Assembly (NCBI GenBank): GCA_965223345.1
Contig: CBDCWG010000012.1
Coordinates: forward strand, 2,560,001-2,624,000
Length of the DNA: 64,000 bases
Reading direction: 5' to 3'
Source of the DNA: Nitrospinales bacterium
GTDB taxonomy: Bacteria; Nitrospinota; Nitrospinia; Nitrospinales; VA-1
In this document: piece after piece, positions 20,491 to 29,333 of the stretch
Numbering within the stretch: the stretch's first letter is position 1
How the letters are laid out: every line of letters begins with the position of its first letter
The notes under the pieces: model-generated
The model's input: only the letters and a program-made list of their open reading frames with translations
Told to the model about the DNA's origin: nothing
The model's database searches: none
Program-made: the position numbers and the translations under genes

Positions 20491-21018
20491 ATGAAACAGA
20501 AACCGCCTCCCATTAAAGCCGTCGTCGAACGAGTCGATGCGTATGTTCCCGGAGCGTCCATCGACAAGCAGCAGATGGACGTGATCCACGATATCTACGA
20601 GAACTGGAGGGATTTTTATGCCGGCATCCACGACCACTCGCTGCGGATTCTCGCGGGACCGGCTTTTCTGCAAAAGCACTGTCAGAAGTACGCGTGGAAC
20701 TATTGCTGGAAGTGGCTGTCGCTGCTGGCGATAGCCATCGGTCTGCTGCTTTTGTTCTTCGATGTGATCGGAGGGCTGCTGATTTTGATCCTCGCTCTCA
20801 TAGCGTTGCGGTTCCTCGAAGGCGTCCGGCAGGATAAAATCCAGACTTTCACGCAACGGATCCGAACGGCGGTCGGCAAAGGCAGCCAGCTGGAAGGGAT
20901 GGTCGTTCTGATCGCGAACTACTTGTCCGGTACGATTCATTTCGGTTCGAATCGAGGCAAAGCGGGCTGGCCTCAATGTCCTTCCCGTCTCCTGACGGGC
21001 AAAAAGCGTTTCTCCTGA
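20491..21018 (+). CDS. Hypothetical membrane protein (2 TM)
   Basis: ORF with a hydrophobic hairpin; start uncertain (20413 or 20491). Confidence 0.6.
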   Translation: MKQKPPPIKAVVERVDAYVPGASIDKQQMDVIHDIYENWRDFYAGIHDHSLRILAGPAFLQKHCQKYAWNYCWKWLSLLAIAIGLLLLFFDVIGGLLILILALIALRFLEGVRQDKIQTFTQRIRTAVGKGSQLEGMVVLIANYLSGTIHFGSNRGKAGWPQCPSRLLTGKKRFS

Positions 21019-21129
21019 TTCCGTTTATCCCTCCTCAGTTTCCCCGGTTTCGCCTGAGTGCTGCGTTCCTCACATCACATCGCTTGATTTCCGGCAATCC
21101 CTTTTCCAGTTCATCGTTGTGTCGTGGCT

Positions 21130-21501
21130 TCAAATATTCGTCTCCTGCATGAAATAGGGGATGGCGAGGCTCAGGCCGCGCTTGGAGCAGGAAATCCGGC
21201 CGGGAATGCTGGAGTCGCACTGGGCAGGCGGAAACACGACGTATTCCATGCTGGTGCCGTTCACGGTGACCGTCTCGTCGTTGAATTTGGTGCAGGTGGT
21301 TTTGTAAAGGCGCTTGCCGCTTTTTTCTGAATCCGCGCTGGAGGTCTTGCAGGAGCTGCGGTCGAAGAACACGAAGCGGTCCGGCTGCGACGCGGCGACG
21401 GTGGTTTCTTCCTTGCTGTCCTGGGTTTCGCCGTTGCCGATCATGAAGGATGCGGCGACGAACACGGCTGCGAGGGCGAGCATTTCGAGGGTCGTTTTCA
21501 T
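21130..21501 (-). CDS. Secreted Cys-containing hypothetical protein
   Basis: AAGGAAAG RBS region, signal peptide MKTTLEMLALAAVFVAASF, 4 Cys. Confidence 0.7.
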   Translation of the reverse strand: MKTTLEMLALAAVFVAASFMIGNGETQDSKEETTVAASQPDRFVFFDRSSCKTSSADSEKSGKRLYKTTCTKFNDETVTVNGTSMEYVVFPPAQCDSSIPGRISCSKRGLSLAIPYFMQETNI

Positions 21502-21555
21502 GGTGGGTTTCCTTTCTTTTTGGAGTTTTGCAATCGCCTGATGCCCTCTGTCTGT

Positions 21556-21571
21556 TGCACAGGCTTTGCCA
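21556..21571 (-). promoter_or_regulatory. Putative sigma54 (-24/-12) promoter
   Basis: TGGCAAAGCCTGTGCA (GG-N10-GC) 55 bp upstream of the 21501 start. Confidence 0.5.
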
Positions 21572-21740
21572 AAACCCGCCTCGAATGATGAAAAAATCCT
21601 TTGAAATTGCATTATTAGCCGGTCAGCCGCGCGGGCTTTTATAAAACAAGGGTCCCCTGCAGAAAAAAAATCAGCGGCGCAGCGTCCCAAACACGGGCTC
21701 CAGCGGCCGGGGCCGGGCATGGTGCGGTTGCCGATGCGAA

Positions 21741-21788
21741 ACCATGCATGGTGTCATGCATGGAACCGTGCATGGTGTTGTGTCCGGA
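21741..21788. repeat. Tandem 12-bp palindromic units
   Basis: ACCATGCATGGT GTCATGCATGGA ACCGTGCATGGT GTTGTGTCCGGA. Confidence 0.75.
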
Positions 21789-21826
21789 CTGCGCACTGAC
21801 GCTTGCAAATCAACGAGAAGGCCCTT

Positions 21827-21842
21827 TGGTCTGAAACTTGCG
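21827..21842 (+). promoter_or_regulatory. Putative sigma54 promoter
   Basis: TGGTCTGAAACTTGCG (GG-N10-GC) about 80 bp upstream of the 21922 start. Confidence 0.5.
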
Positions 21843-21921
21843 ATATCCGGCGCAGACCCAATACCCCCATTGGGAATTCAGTTTGTTTATTTCAACCACT
21901 TTGATGTTAAGGAGACCCAAA

Positions 21922-22299
21922 ATGAAAAAAATGACGTTCCTGGGTGGGTTGGGTATGGTCCTGGCGTTCTCGTTGATCCTGACGGGAAACAGCCAGGCAT
22001 GGGAAGGGCCCCATGACCCGACTTCACCGCCAAATTACGGATTTCCCAAGCCCAAGCCTCCCTGCGGGGACAAGATGTGGATCGCGATTTATCCCAAACC
22101 CTGTGTCGATGAGCCGCAGGTTCCGCATCGTCCGGTGCAGGACTGGGAGAGCTACTGCAAGGGGAAGGCGTTCATTCCTGAGAGCAACCATCCCTGTCTG
22201 ACCTGGAACCGCCCCCGCCCGCCGCGGGAAAATCCCTGGGGCTGGACGAAGCCTCCGGTCTGGCGGCCGCATCACCGGGGAGAGGTGGCGCCGCGCTGA
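21922..22299 (+). CDS. Secreted Pro/Cys/Trp-rich hypothetical protein
   Basis: AAGGAG RBS, signal peptide ending SQA, 4 Cys. Confidence 0.75.
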   Translation: MKKMTFLGGLGMVLAFSLILTGNSQAWEGPHDPTSPPNYGFPKPKPPCGDKMWIAIYPKPCVDEPQVPHRPVQDWESYCKGKAFIPESNHPCLTWNRPRPPRENPWGWTKPPVWRPHHRGEVAPR

Positions 22300-22598
22300 A
22301 CGCGCTGCCAACCTTGCAGTGAGTTTCAAACGGGAGATTTGCAGAGCCGATGTCAGGGGGCGCCTGGCGTTTTCGCTTGTTTTCTCCTTTCTCGAATGCG
22401 ACCGGGTTCTTTCGGTCTCAAGACCGATGGGGCCGGTTGCCATTCGGGTTTTTTCCTGAATTCCCATCTCGCATCCGTCCGCCGGATTGCCACGCATTGA
22501 AAAACGGATTGCAACGGTGGATGGATGCTCCGGCACCCCAACGCTTTTGGGCTGCTTTTTGCGGGAAATTTATCTGGACATCCGATCCCGGTTATTCC

Positions 22599-22617
22599 TA
22601 TAATGAGAGTAATTATC
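22599..22617 (+). promoter_or_regulatory. Fur box overlapping the -10 element of the bfd-like gene
   Basis: TATAATGAGAGTAATTATC matches GATAATGATAATCATTATC at 15/19; TGGACA-N18-TATAAT promoter. Confidence 0.7.
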
Positions 22618-22646
22618 AATAAGGACTTCCCCCAGGGTTCCCGTTC

Positions 22647-22925
22647 ATGGACGCGCGCGTTGTCGAGACCGATGAAATCATCTGCCAGTGTTATCAGGTG
22701 AACGAATCGACCATCCGCGGCTGCATCGCAGACGGGAACCTGCAAACCATCGAAGAGGTCACCGATGCCTGCGAAGCGGGCGGTGGCTGCCACTCTTGCC
22801 ACATCCTGATCGAGCTTTTCCTCGACGAGCACAAACAGAAGCACACGCCGGTGGAGTCTCTGGTCGCGGCGCACGGCAAGAAGGTGAAAAAGCAGGGCAT
22901 TTTCCAGCGGCTGTTCCGCAAATGA
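22647..22925 (+). CDS. BFD-like [2Fe-2S]-binding protein
   Basis: ICQC...AGGGCHSC (C-x-C-x31-C-x2-C). Confidence 0.88.
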   Translation: MDARVVETDEIICQCYQVNESTIRGCIADGNLQTIEEVTDACEAGGGCHSCHILIELFLDEHKQKHTPVESLVAAHGKKVKKQGIFQRLFRK

Positions 22926-23088
22926 ATTGAAGCGTTCGCGCCTGTCGCCGCACCCGTTCTGGCGGCGCTTTTTGCACACCCCCCTCACACCGCCATCGGC
23001 TAATTTGCTTGCATCTTCATAGGGTTTTAACTATGGTTGGTGCTCCATCTGAAACGGTCACCCACACGCACGGGAGGAATCGGGTTAC

Positions 23089-23637
23089 ATGAAAAGTCAG
23101 GATTGCATTTTGTTCAGCGGCGGCGTCAAGGGAGCGGAGTCGGAATTCGGCCGTCAGGCGGAAGCGGCGGGCGTGCAGGAGGTCAATTTCACCTTCGACG
23201 GCCACAAAACGGAGCGAACCCGCGGCATCCGCTATCTGACCTCGGAGGAACTGCTCAAGGGCGATGTCAGCCTGGCCTACGTTTCCAAGATCATGAACCG
23301 CTCCTACAGTGCGGGACCGTTGTTTCGCAAGGTGCTGCAAAGCATCTGGCATCAGATCAACAGCGCCGAGGAAGTGTTCGTGATCGGCAAGATCCTCGAG
23401 GACAACACGGTGAAGGGCGGCACCGGCTGGGGCGCCGAGTTCGCCAAGCTGTGCAACAAGCCGCTGTACGTGTTCGATCAGGAGCAGGGCGGCTGGTTTC
23501 ACTGGAAAGACGATCAGTGGAATCCCATCCCTTCCGCAAAAATTCAAAAAGTGCATTTTGCCGGAACCGGAACGCGCTTCCTCAACGAAAGCGGCAAAGC
23601 CGCGATCCGGGACCTGTTTCAATCCTCCTTCGACTGA
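23089..23637 (+). CDS. Conserved hypothetical protein (possible SLOG/Rossmannoid fold)
   Basis: SGGVKGAE, GGTGW, FAGTGTR Gly-rich motifs. Confidence 0.7.
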   Translation: MKSQDCILFSGGVKGAESEFGRQAEAAGVQEVNFTFDGHKTERTRGIRYLTSEELLKGDVSLAYVSKIMNRSYSAGPLFRKVLQSIWHQINSAEEVFVIGKILEDNTVKGGTGWGAEFAKLCNKPLYVFDQEQGGWFHWKDDQWNPIPSAKIQKVHFAGTGTRFLNESGKAAIRDLFQSSFD

Positions 23638-23638
23638 C

Positions 23639-24838
23639 ATGAAGCCCCGCCACAGCCGGGCCGTTTATTTCGACTGCTTCTCGGGAATCAGCGGCGACAT
23701 GATCCTGGGGGCGCTGGTGGACCTCGGCGCGGACCTGGGGAAAATCCGCAAGGGGCTGGCCACGCTTGATCTCACCGGCTACACGATCCGCTCCCGCAGC
23801 GTGAAAAAACACGGCATCAGCGGCACCAAGGTTGAGGTGGGGGTGAAACCCGTCAAGGGCAAGCGTTCACCCGCCCGCAAACTCAAAGACATCCAGAAAA
23901 TCATCGAGGCGTCCAAACTGCCGGCCGCTGTGCGCAAAAACGCCGTCGCGATTTTTCAGCGCCTGGGGCGGGCGGAAGCCAAAGTGCACCGCACGGCGAT
24001 CGACAAGATTCACTTTCACGAAGTGGGGGCGGTCGATTCCATCGTCGATATCGTGGGCGGGGTGTATGCGATGGAACTGTTGAACGTGGAGCGGGTGTTT
24101 GCCTCGCCGCTCAACGTCGGCGAGGGGTTTGTGGAATGCGAGCACGGCACGCTGCCGGTTCCCGCGCCGGCGACGCTGGAGCTGTTGCACGGCGTGCCCT
24201 GCTTTTCTTCCGGTGTGCGCAAGGAGCTGACGACGCCCACCGGCGCCGCCATGATCGGTCACTGGGCGGAAGGATTCCAGCCGCTGCCGCAGATGGCGAT
24301 CCTGAAAACCGGTTACGGCGCCGGCGACCACGACGTGCCGCAGACGCCCAACCTGCTGCGTGCGGTGCTGGGAGAGATGCCCGCAAAGAGCAGGGCCGGT
24401 ACGGTGCAGGTGGTGGAAACCAACATCGACGACATGAACCCGGAATTCTACGACCACGCGATGGACAGTCTGTTCAAAGCCGGGGCGCTGGATGTGTGGC
24501 TCGAACCCATCGTGATGAAAAAGAGCCGGCCGGCGGTGAAGCTTTCGGCTCTCGTACCGGAGAAAAAACGCGAAGCGGTGATCCAGGTGCTGCTTGCGGA
24601 AACCTCGACCTTCGGGGTGCGATTTTTCCCGGCTGAGCGCACGACGCTCGCGCGCACGATCGAAACCGTGAAAACCCCGCACGGGCCGGTGAGGGTGAAA
24701 GTGGGAACTCTCGGCGATGCGGTGCGTAAAATCGTGCCGGAATACGAGGACTGCAAAAAGATCGCGCGCAAAGAAAAACGGCCGGTGCAGGCCGTGTATC
24801 AGGAAATTCTCAAAATTGCAGCGGACAAACTGGACTAA
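23639..24838 (+). CDS. larC: Nickel pincer cofactor biosynthesis protein LarC
   Basis: YFDCFSGISGDM, HFHEVGAVDSIVDIVG, HGTLPVPAPAT, ELTTPTGAA, ETNIDD, PEYEDC. Confidence 0.95.
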   Translation: MKPRHSRAVYFDCFSGISGDMILGALVDLGADLGKIRKGLATLDLTGYTIRSRSVKKHGISGTKVEVGVKPVKGKRSPARKLKDIQKIIEASKLPAAVRKNAVAIFQRLGRAEAKVHRTAIDKIHFHEVGAVDSIVDIVGGVYAMELLNVERVFASPLNVGEGFVECEHGTLPVPAPATLELLHGVPCFSSGVRKELTTPTGAAMIGHWAEGFQPLPQMAILKTGYGAGDHDVPQTPNLLRAVLGEMPAKSRAGTVQVVETNIDDMNPEFYDHAMDSLFKAGALDVWLEPIVMKKSRPAVKLSALVPEKKREAVIQVLLAETSTFGVRFFPAERTTLARTIETVKTPHGPVRVKVGTLGDAVRKIVPEYEDCKKIARKEKRPVQAVYQEILKIAADKLD

Positions 24839-24886
24839 TGGCCAGCGTGTGTCAGCCAATCAATAGAAAATAGAACGAGGCGTATC

Positions 24887-25486
24887 ATGAAAATCATACT
24901 GGTGGGCGCAAGCGGAACGATCGGTCAGGCTGTGGCGAAGCAACTGTCTGTAAGGCACGAGGTCGTTGCTGTAGGAAGGACCAGTGGAGATCACAAGGTG
25001 GACATCACATCCCGTGATTCGATCCACAGCATGTTCAAGGAGATCGGATTGTTTGATGCCCTGGTCTGCACAGCCGGGGATGTTCATTTTGGGCCCCTTG
25101 ACAAGCTGACCGAGGAGGATTGCATGGTAGGCATCAAAAGCAAACTGCTGGGGCAGGTGAATCTGGTGCTGCTCGGAATGGATTTTATCGCGGATCACGG
25201 CTCCTTCACATTGACATCGGGCGTGCTCAGCGAGGACCCCATTCCCTATGGTGCTTCCGCTTCCATGGTCAACGCTGCGCTGGAAGGCTTTGTTTTGGGA
25301 GCTTCCATCGAGATGCAGCGGGGCATCCGCATTAATGCGGTCAGCCCGAATGTGCTTGAGGAATCCATGGATAAGATCGGAGATTTCTTCCGCGGGCATG
25401 TGCCCGTCCCTGCGGACCGGGCCGCTCTGGCTTACAGCAAAAGCGTCGAAGGACTTTTGACTGGTAAAGTGATTCGGGCGCATTGA
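24887..25486 (+). CDS. Short-chain dehydrogenase/reductase
   Basis: GASGTIG, SKLLGQVNLV, RINAVSP. Confidence 0.9.
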   Translation: MKIILVGASGTIGQAVAKQLSVRHEVVAVGRTSGDHKVDITSRDSIHSMFKEIGLFDALVCTAGDVHFGPLDKLTEEDCMVGIKSKLLGQVNLVLLGMDFIADHGSFTLTSGVLSEDPIPYGASASMVNAALEGFVLGASIEMQRGIRINAVSPNVLEESMDKIGDFFRGHVPVPADRAALAYSKSVEGLLTGKVIRAH

Positions 25487-25981
25487 GGCCAGCACCTTCG
25501 TCTCCCTTTATACCTTTCAATGCAACCTTAGAGAGAAAGCGGCGGTGACGCGGCGAAAATGAGGGTGCGCCGGTCGCGGCACGTCTTAAGAGCAAAAAGA
25601 TAGGCAGGAGTGGAACCCGGCGTTGCCGGACGTCGTCTTGGTTCTAACTTCTACTGCAACCTGCTAATCGTATTTTCTCACCACGCATTCTGATTCGTTA
25701 ACCTCCCTGTAATACATCGATGGACATGAAAATCATCTTTTAGTTGATTTTCATTCTGCAGACCCTGAGTTATAGTTCTTTCAAAACGGGTATTCTGCAA
25801 ACGCTGACTCCGTTTTTCCCTTCCCGGAATGAAGCATTATGGAGAAGGGTTGAGTTCGTTGATATCGGCGTGTTGGGGGGATCCGAGGGCCGGGATCAGA
25901 TGATTCAACCCTTCTCCAGTCTTTTTCTGCTTTACCTTTTGCGCGTTGTCTTTTGCAGAGCTTTCCTTCCTGAGCGTTCTC

Positions 25982-26209
25982 TCATTTCTTCATCTTTGCC
26001 GCCGCCGGAGCGCCGTATTCCGTCGTGAATTCCTTGAAGACCGCATCCAGTTCTTTGGATTTGGTGATGCGGTCGAGATTCTCCAGAAGAATCGTCAGGC
26101 AGTACTTATTGCCGAAATGATATTTCGCGTTCAACGCCCTCAGGTTTTTGTACGCCGCTTCGGAAAGCGCGGCGTTGAAGCGTTTGGGAAGCGGGTAGCC
26201 TTTCGTCAT
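25982..26209 (-). CDS. Small hypothetical protein, ribbon-helix-helix-like
   Basis: RFNAALSEAAYKNLRALNAKYHFGNKYCLTILLE strand-helix-helix pattern. Confidence 0.6.
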   Translation of the reverse strand: MTKGYPLPKRFNAALSEAAYKNLRALNAKYHFGNKYCLTILLENLDRITKSKELDAVFKEFTTEYGAPAAAKMKK

Positions 26210-26303
26210 GCTGATTGCGGGAAACAGGGTGGGGGGACGCATCGGGGAATCCGGTATCGCAGCGGGCCGTGATGGGCGTGCGCCGCATCATGTGGGTGCG
26301 CGA

Positions 26304-26579
26304 TCACAGCCCGTGCTTTTTCAGCTCTTCCTCGTAATGCCTCTGGTACAGCACTTCCCATTCGGGCGTGCCTTCGCGCAGATTTTTGGAATAGGAGTTG
26401 AGGGTCTTGCGGGCCTCGTCGTCGGCCTTGTCGTCGATCTTCAGAATATCCGTCATCACGCGGGTGATTTCCAGGCGGATGTCGTTGAGGTCTTCCTTGT
26501 AATCCAGTTCTTCCCGTTTTTCGAAATCCTTGACGATCAGGCTGCTGATGTGATTGATCTTTTCCCGGCTGATTTTCAT
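26304..26579 (-). CDS. DUF507 family protein
   Basis: MKISREKINHIS...REGTPEWEVLYQRHYEEEL. Confidence 0.8.
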   Translation of the reverse strand: MKISREKINHISSLIVKDFEKREELDYKEDLNDIRLEITRVMTDILKIDDKADDEARKTLNSYSKNLREGTPEWEVLYQRHYEEELKKHGL

Positions 26580-26595
26580 GGCAGTGGAATTCCGC

Positions 26596-26877
26596 TTATA
26601 AGATGAGCCCGCGTTCGCGCACGAGCTTGGATTTCACCATCTGGAACGCTCTCCCGAAATCCATCATGTTGCGTTCGTAATCCTTGGTTTTGGATTCCAG
26701 GAGCATCTTGACTTCCTCGTTGAGCCTGTCTTCGACCATGAGGTCTTCGATGATGATGTGGTTGACGATGGCTTCCAGTTTTTCCGGGCGGTCGTCCCAC
26801 AGGAGCATTTCTTTTTTGATGAGCGTCTGGACGATGTCTTTCGCCATGTGTTCAACGAGTTCTTTTGTTAATCTCAT
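26596..26877 (-). CDS. DUF507 family protein
   Basis: MRLTKELVEHMA...EDRLNEEV...FQMVKSKLVRERGLIL. Confidence 0.8.
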   Translation of the reverse strand: MRLTKELVEHMAKDIVQTLIKKEMLLWDDRPEKLEAIVNHIIIEDLMVEDRLNEEVKMLLESKTKDYERNMMDFGRAFQMVKSKLVRERGLIL

Positions 26878-26952
26878 GTATCCTGTCTTCGGTTGGTTTG
26901 TAGTGTAAGGTTGTGTCTGTTCTCTGGATTTCAGGACGATCCCGGAAATCAG

Positions 26953-27025
26953 AGCGGGAGACGGGGTTCGAACCCGCGACATTCAGCTTGGGAAGCTGAC
27001 ACTCTACCAACTGAGCTACTCCCGC
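26953..27025 (-). tRNA. tRNA-Gly(CCC), CCA not encoded
   Basis: GCGGGAGTAGCTCAGTTGGTAGAG...CTTCCCAAG...GGTTCGAACCCCGTCTCCCGCT. Confidence 0.95.
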
Positions 27026-27056
27026 AGGTTTTGCAGCGAAACGATGCGATCCCGTT

Positions 27057-27245
27057 TCAAGAATTTTTATCACCCAGAATCAGGATCAGGTTGTCTCCTG
27101 TGACGTGGATGTCCAGAATCTTGATTTTTTGTTCGTTGATCTCGGCGATGGCCCCGTTGACCATCTTCTCGATGGCCTCGGCGCTTTCTTCCATGATGTT
27201 CAACACCTTCACTCCGGAAATTTTATGCCGAGAATCGAATCCCAT
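27057..27245 (-). CDS. Small hypothetical protein
   Basis: 62-aa ORF with GAGG RBS and alpha/beta composition. Confidence 0.65.
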   Translation of the reverse strand: MGFDSRHKISGVKVLNIMEESAEAIEKMVNGAIAEINEQKIKILDIHVTGDNLILILGDKNS

Positions 27246-27677
27246 GATGCCTCATAAAAAAACCGCAGCGAACATCCGGGCTTTCCCCATTGAGTAAAAA
27301 TCCCCTTATAATACAAAGAGAAACGGATGTCGGAACGGCAGGGTCTTAAATTTGGGTCATTATCCGATATTTGCGTTGAGTAATCAATTATTATGTTTGC
27401 AAGGCCTGCGCCTCCGGACCCCCTGATTTGAGCGGGCGGAATGGAAGGGCAGGTGCTGGGCCCGCGGCCGCTGATACGCGGCGCAAGCGAATGTTATTGA
27501 ATTTACAATCGAGTTTCAGTAGTATGGTTTCAATAAAATTTCAGACATTAAGCCATTGAAACGTAAAAGTTTTTTCAATGGATCGATGCAAGAACCGATG
27601 GGTGTCCCCATCGGGGCTTTCGGGATGCCAAGCTTACGCGTACCCGGAACCCCGCCCTTAATCTAGAGCGCCAGCCC

Positions 27678-28568
27678 GTGGTCCGACCTGTCAATTTCAC
27701 CGAAAAGATTCCGATCAGCCATCACCTGATCGAACTGCGCGACCGGTTTGTCATCGTCGCGATCGTGGTCGCGTTCTTTTTCGGCCTGTGCTTTTTCCTG
27801 ATCGACTTTCTGCTGCTGTGGCTGGAGGAACCGCTGCCGCGGCAGTTCGCCGATCTCACGTTCATCACCCCCACCGAACCGTTTTTCACCTCCATGAAGG
27901 TCTCCTTCATGGGATCGCTGTTCATCTCCATGCCGGTGATCCTGTATCACGTCTGGGGCTTCATCGCGCCGGGCCTGAAGGTGAAAGAGAAAAAGATCAC
28001 CGCCATGTTCGTCGGCTTCGGCACGTTCTTTTTCGTCATGGGCGGGGTGTTCTGCTACTTTCTGGTGCTGCCTCTCGGACTCAAGTTTCTCATGAACTGG
28101 GGCGCGCAGTGGTGGAAGATGCAGGTGACGATCGGGTTTTATTTTTCCTTCGTCGTGAAGCTGATGCTGGCGTTCGCGTTCGCGTTCCAGACGCCGCTGC
28201 TCATGGTGCTGTTGACCAAGTTCGGCGTCGCCAACACGGTGAAGATGCGCATGTACCGCAAATGGGCGTTCCTCGGCATGTTCGCCATGGCGGCGATTCT
28301 GACGCCTCCGGACATCATCACCCAGGTGCTGCTCGCGGTGCCGCTGTACTGCCTGTACGAATTCGGCGTCGTGGTCTCCACCTTCTTCGAGGACCCCAAA
28401 AACCGGCAGGCCGTGTACCAGGCGATGCGGGATCAGGAAGCCGCGAAGAAAGCCGCGCGCGAAGCCGCTTACAGGGCCAAAGAGGAAGAGAAAACCGGCA
28501 AGAAAGTCACCCGCAAGGTGGTGAAGAAAGTCGTGCGCAAAGTCAAAAAGGACCCCGCCCGCAAATAA
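27678..28568 (+). CDS. tatC: Twin-arginine translocase subunit TatC
   Basis: HLIELRDR, PTEPF, FIAPGL, AFQTP, AILTPPDIITQ..LAVPL..LYE; basic C-terminal tail. Confidence 0.95.
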   Translation: MVRPVNFTEKIPISHHLIELRDRFVIVAIVVAFFFGLCFFLIDFLLLWLEEPLPRQFADLTFITPTEPFFTSMKVSFMGSLFISMPVILYHVWGFIAPGLKVKEKKITAMFVGFGTFFFVMGGVFCYFLVLPLGLKFLMNWGAQWWKMQVTIGFYFSFVVKLMLAFAFAFQTPLLMVLLTKFGVANTVKMRMYRKWAFLGMFAMAAILTPPDIITQVLLAVPLYCLYEFGVVVSTFFEDPKNRQAVYQAMRDQEAAKKAAREAAYRAKEEEKTGKKVTRKVVKKVVRKVKKDPARK

Positions 28569-28597
28569 CCACTGAGTGTGCGCCGGTGGATTGAAGG

Positions 28598-29317
28598 ATG
28601 AACCCTCTCGGCTACATCCCGCGACAGCATGGTGACCGGTTGTTTATAGCGGCGCTGGTCTCGGGATTGTGCTTCGCACTGTCTCTGATTTTCATCGATC
28701 CCCTCTTGTTGTTGCTGGAATACCCCATCCCCCGAGCATACGCCGATCTGACTTTTCTTTCTCCCAACGAACCGGCCTGGGTTGCTGTGAAAGTGGCCGT
28801 CATGGCAACGCTGTTTCTATCGATGCCGACGATTCTGTACGCCTTATGGGGGCATTTGCCTCGAAATAGCGCAGTGCAAAAAAAACACGCTGCCGGTTGG
28901 TTTGTGGGGCTCGGAACATTGTTCTTTGTTCTGGGTGGGGTGTTCTGCTACTTTCTCGTGCTGCCTCTCGGACTCAAGTTCCTGCTGAACTGGGGCGTGC
29001 AGTGGTGGAAGATTCAGGTGACGATGGAGCTATATTATACGTTTGTCACCAACTTGATGACGGTGTTTGCATTTGCGTTCTTGACACCGCTGATTATGGT
29101 GATGCTCGTTCAGAACGGATACGTGAAGACGGTGCAGTTGCGAAAGGCTCGACCCTGGTTTTATTGCGCCAGTTTTGTGATTGCGGCGGTTCTGACGCCA
29201 TCGGACATCATCACACAGGTGCTGCTCGCGGTACCGCTGTACTGCCTGTACGAATTCGGCGTCGTGGTATCCATCTTCTTTGAAAATTCTCGCAACGGCA
29301 ATCCCGGCATCCCGTAA
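28598..29317 (+). CDS. tatC: Divergent second TatC paralog
   Basis: Colinear with the upstream tatC; keeps LTPSDIITQ and LYE but lacks HLxELR and APGL. Confidence 0.85.
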   Translation: MNPLGYIPRQHGDRLFIAALVSGLCFALSLIFIDPLLLLLEYPIPRAYADLTFLSPNEPAWVAVKVAVMATLFLSMPTILYALWGHLPRNSAVQKKHAAGWFVGLGTLFFVLGGVFCYFLVLPLGLKFLLNWGVQWWKIQVTMELYYTFVTNLMTVFAFAFLTPLIMVMLVQNGYVKTVQLRKARPWFYCASFVIAAVLTPSDIITQVLLAVPLYCLYEFGVVVSIFFENSRNGNPGIP

Positions 29318-29333
29318 TTTTGAGTTTTCCTGC

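Noticed and set aside
21741..21788. Possible CRISPR array
   Set aside because: The units are 12 bp, contiguous and have no spacers; no cas genes are present.
11725..27025. Integrative element bounded by tRNA-Met or tRNA-Gly
   Set aside because: No integrase and no duplicated tRNA 3' end found by eye.
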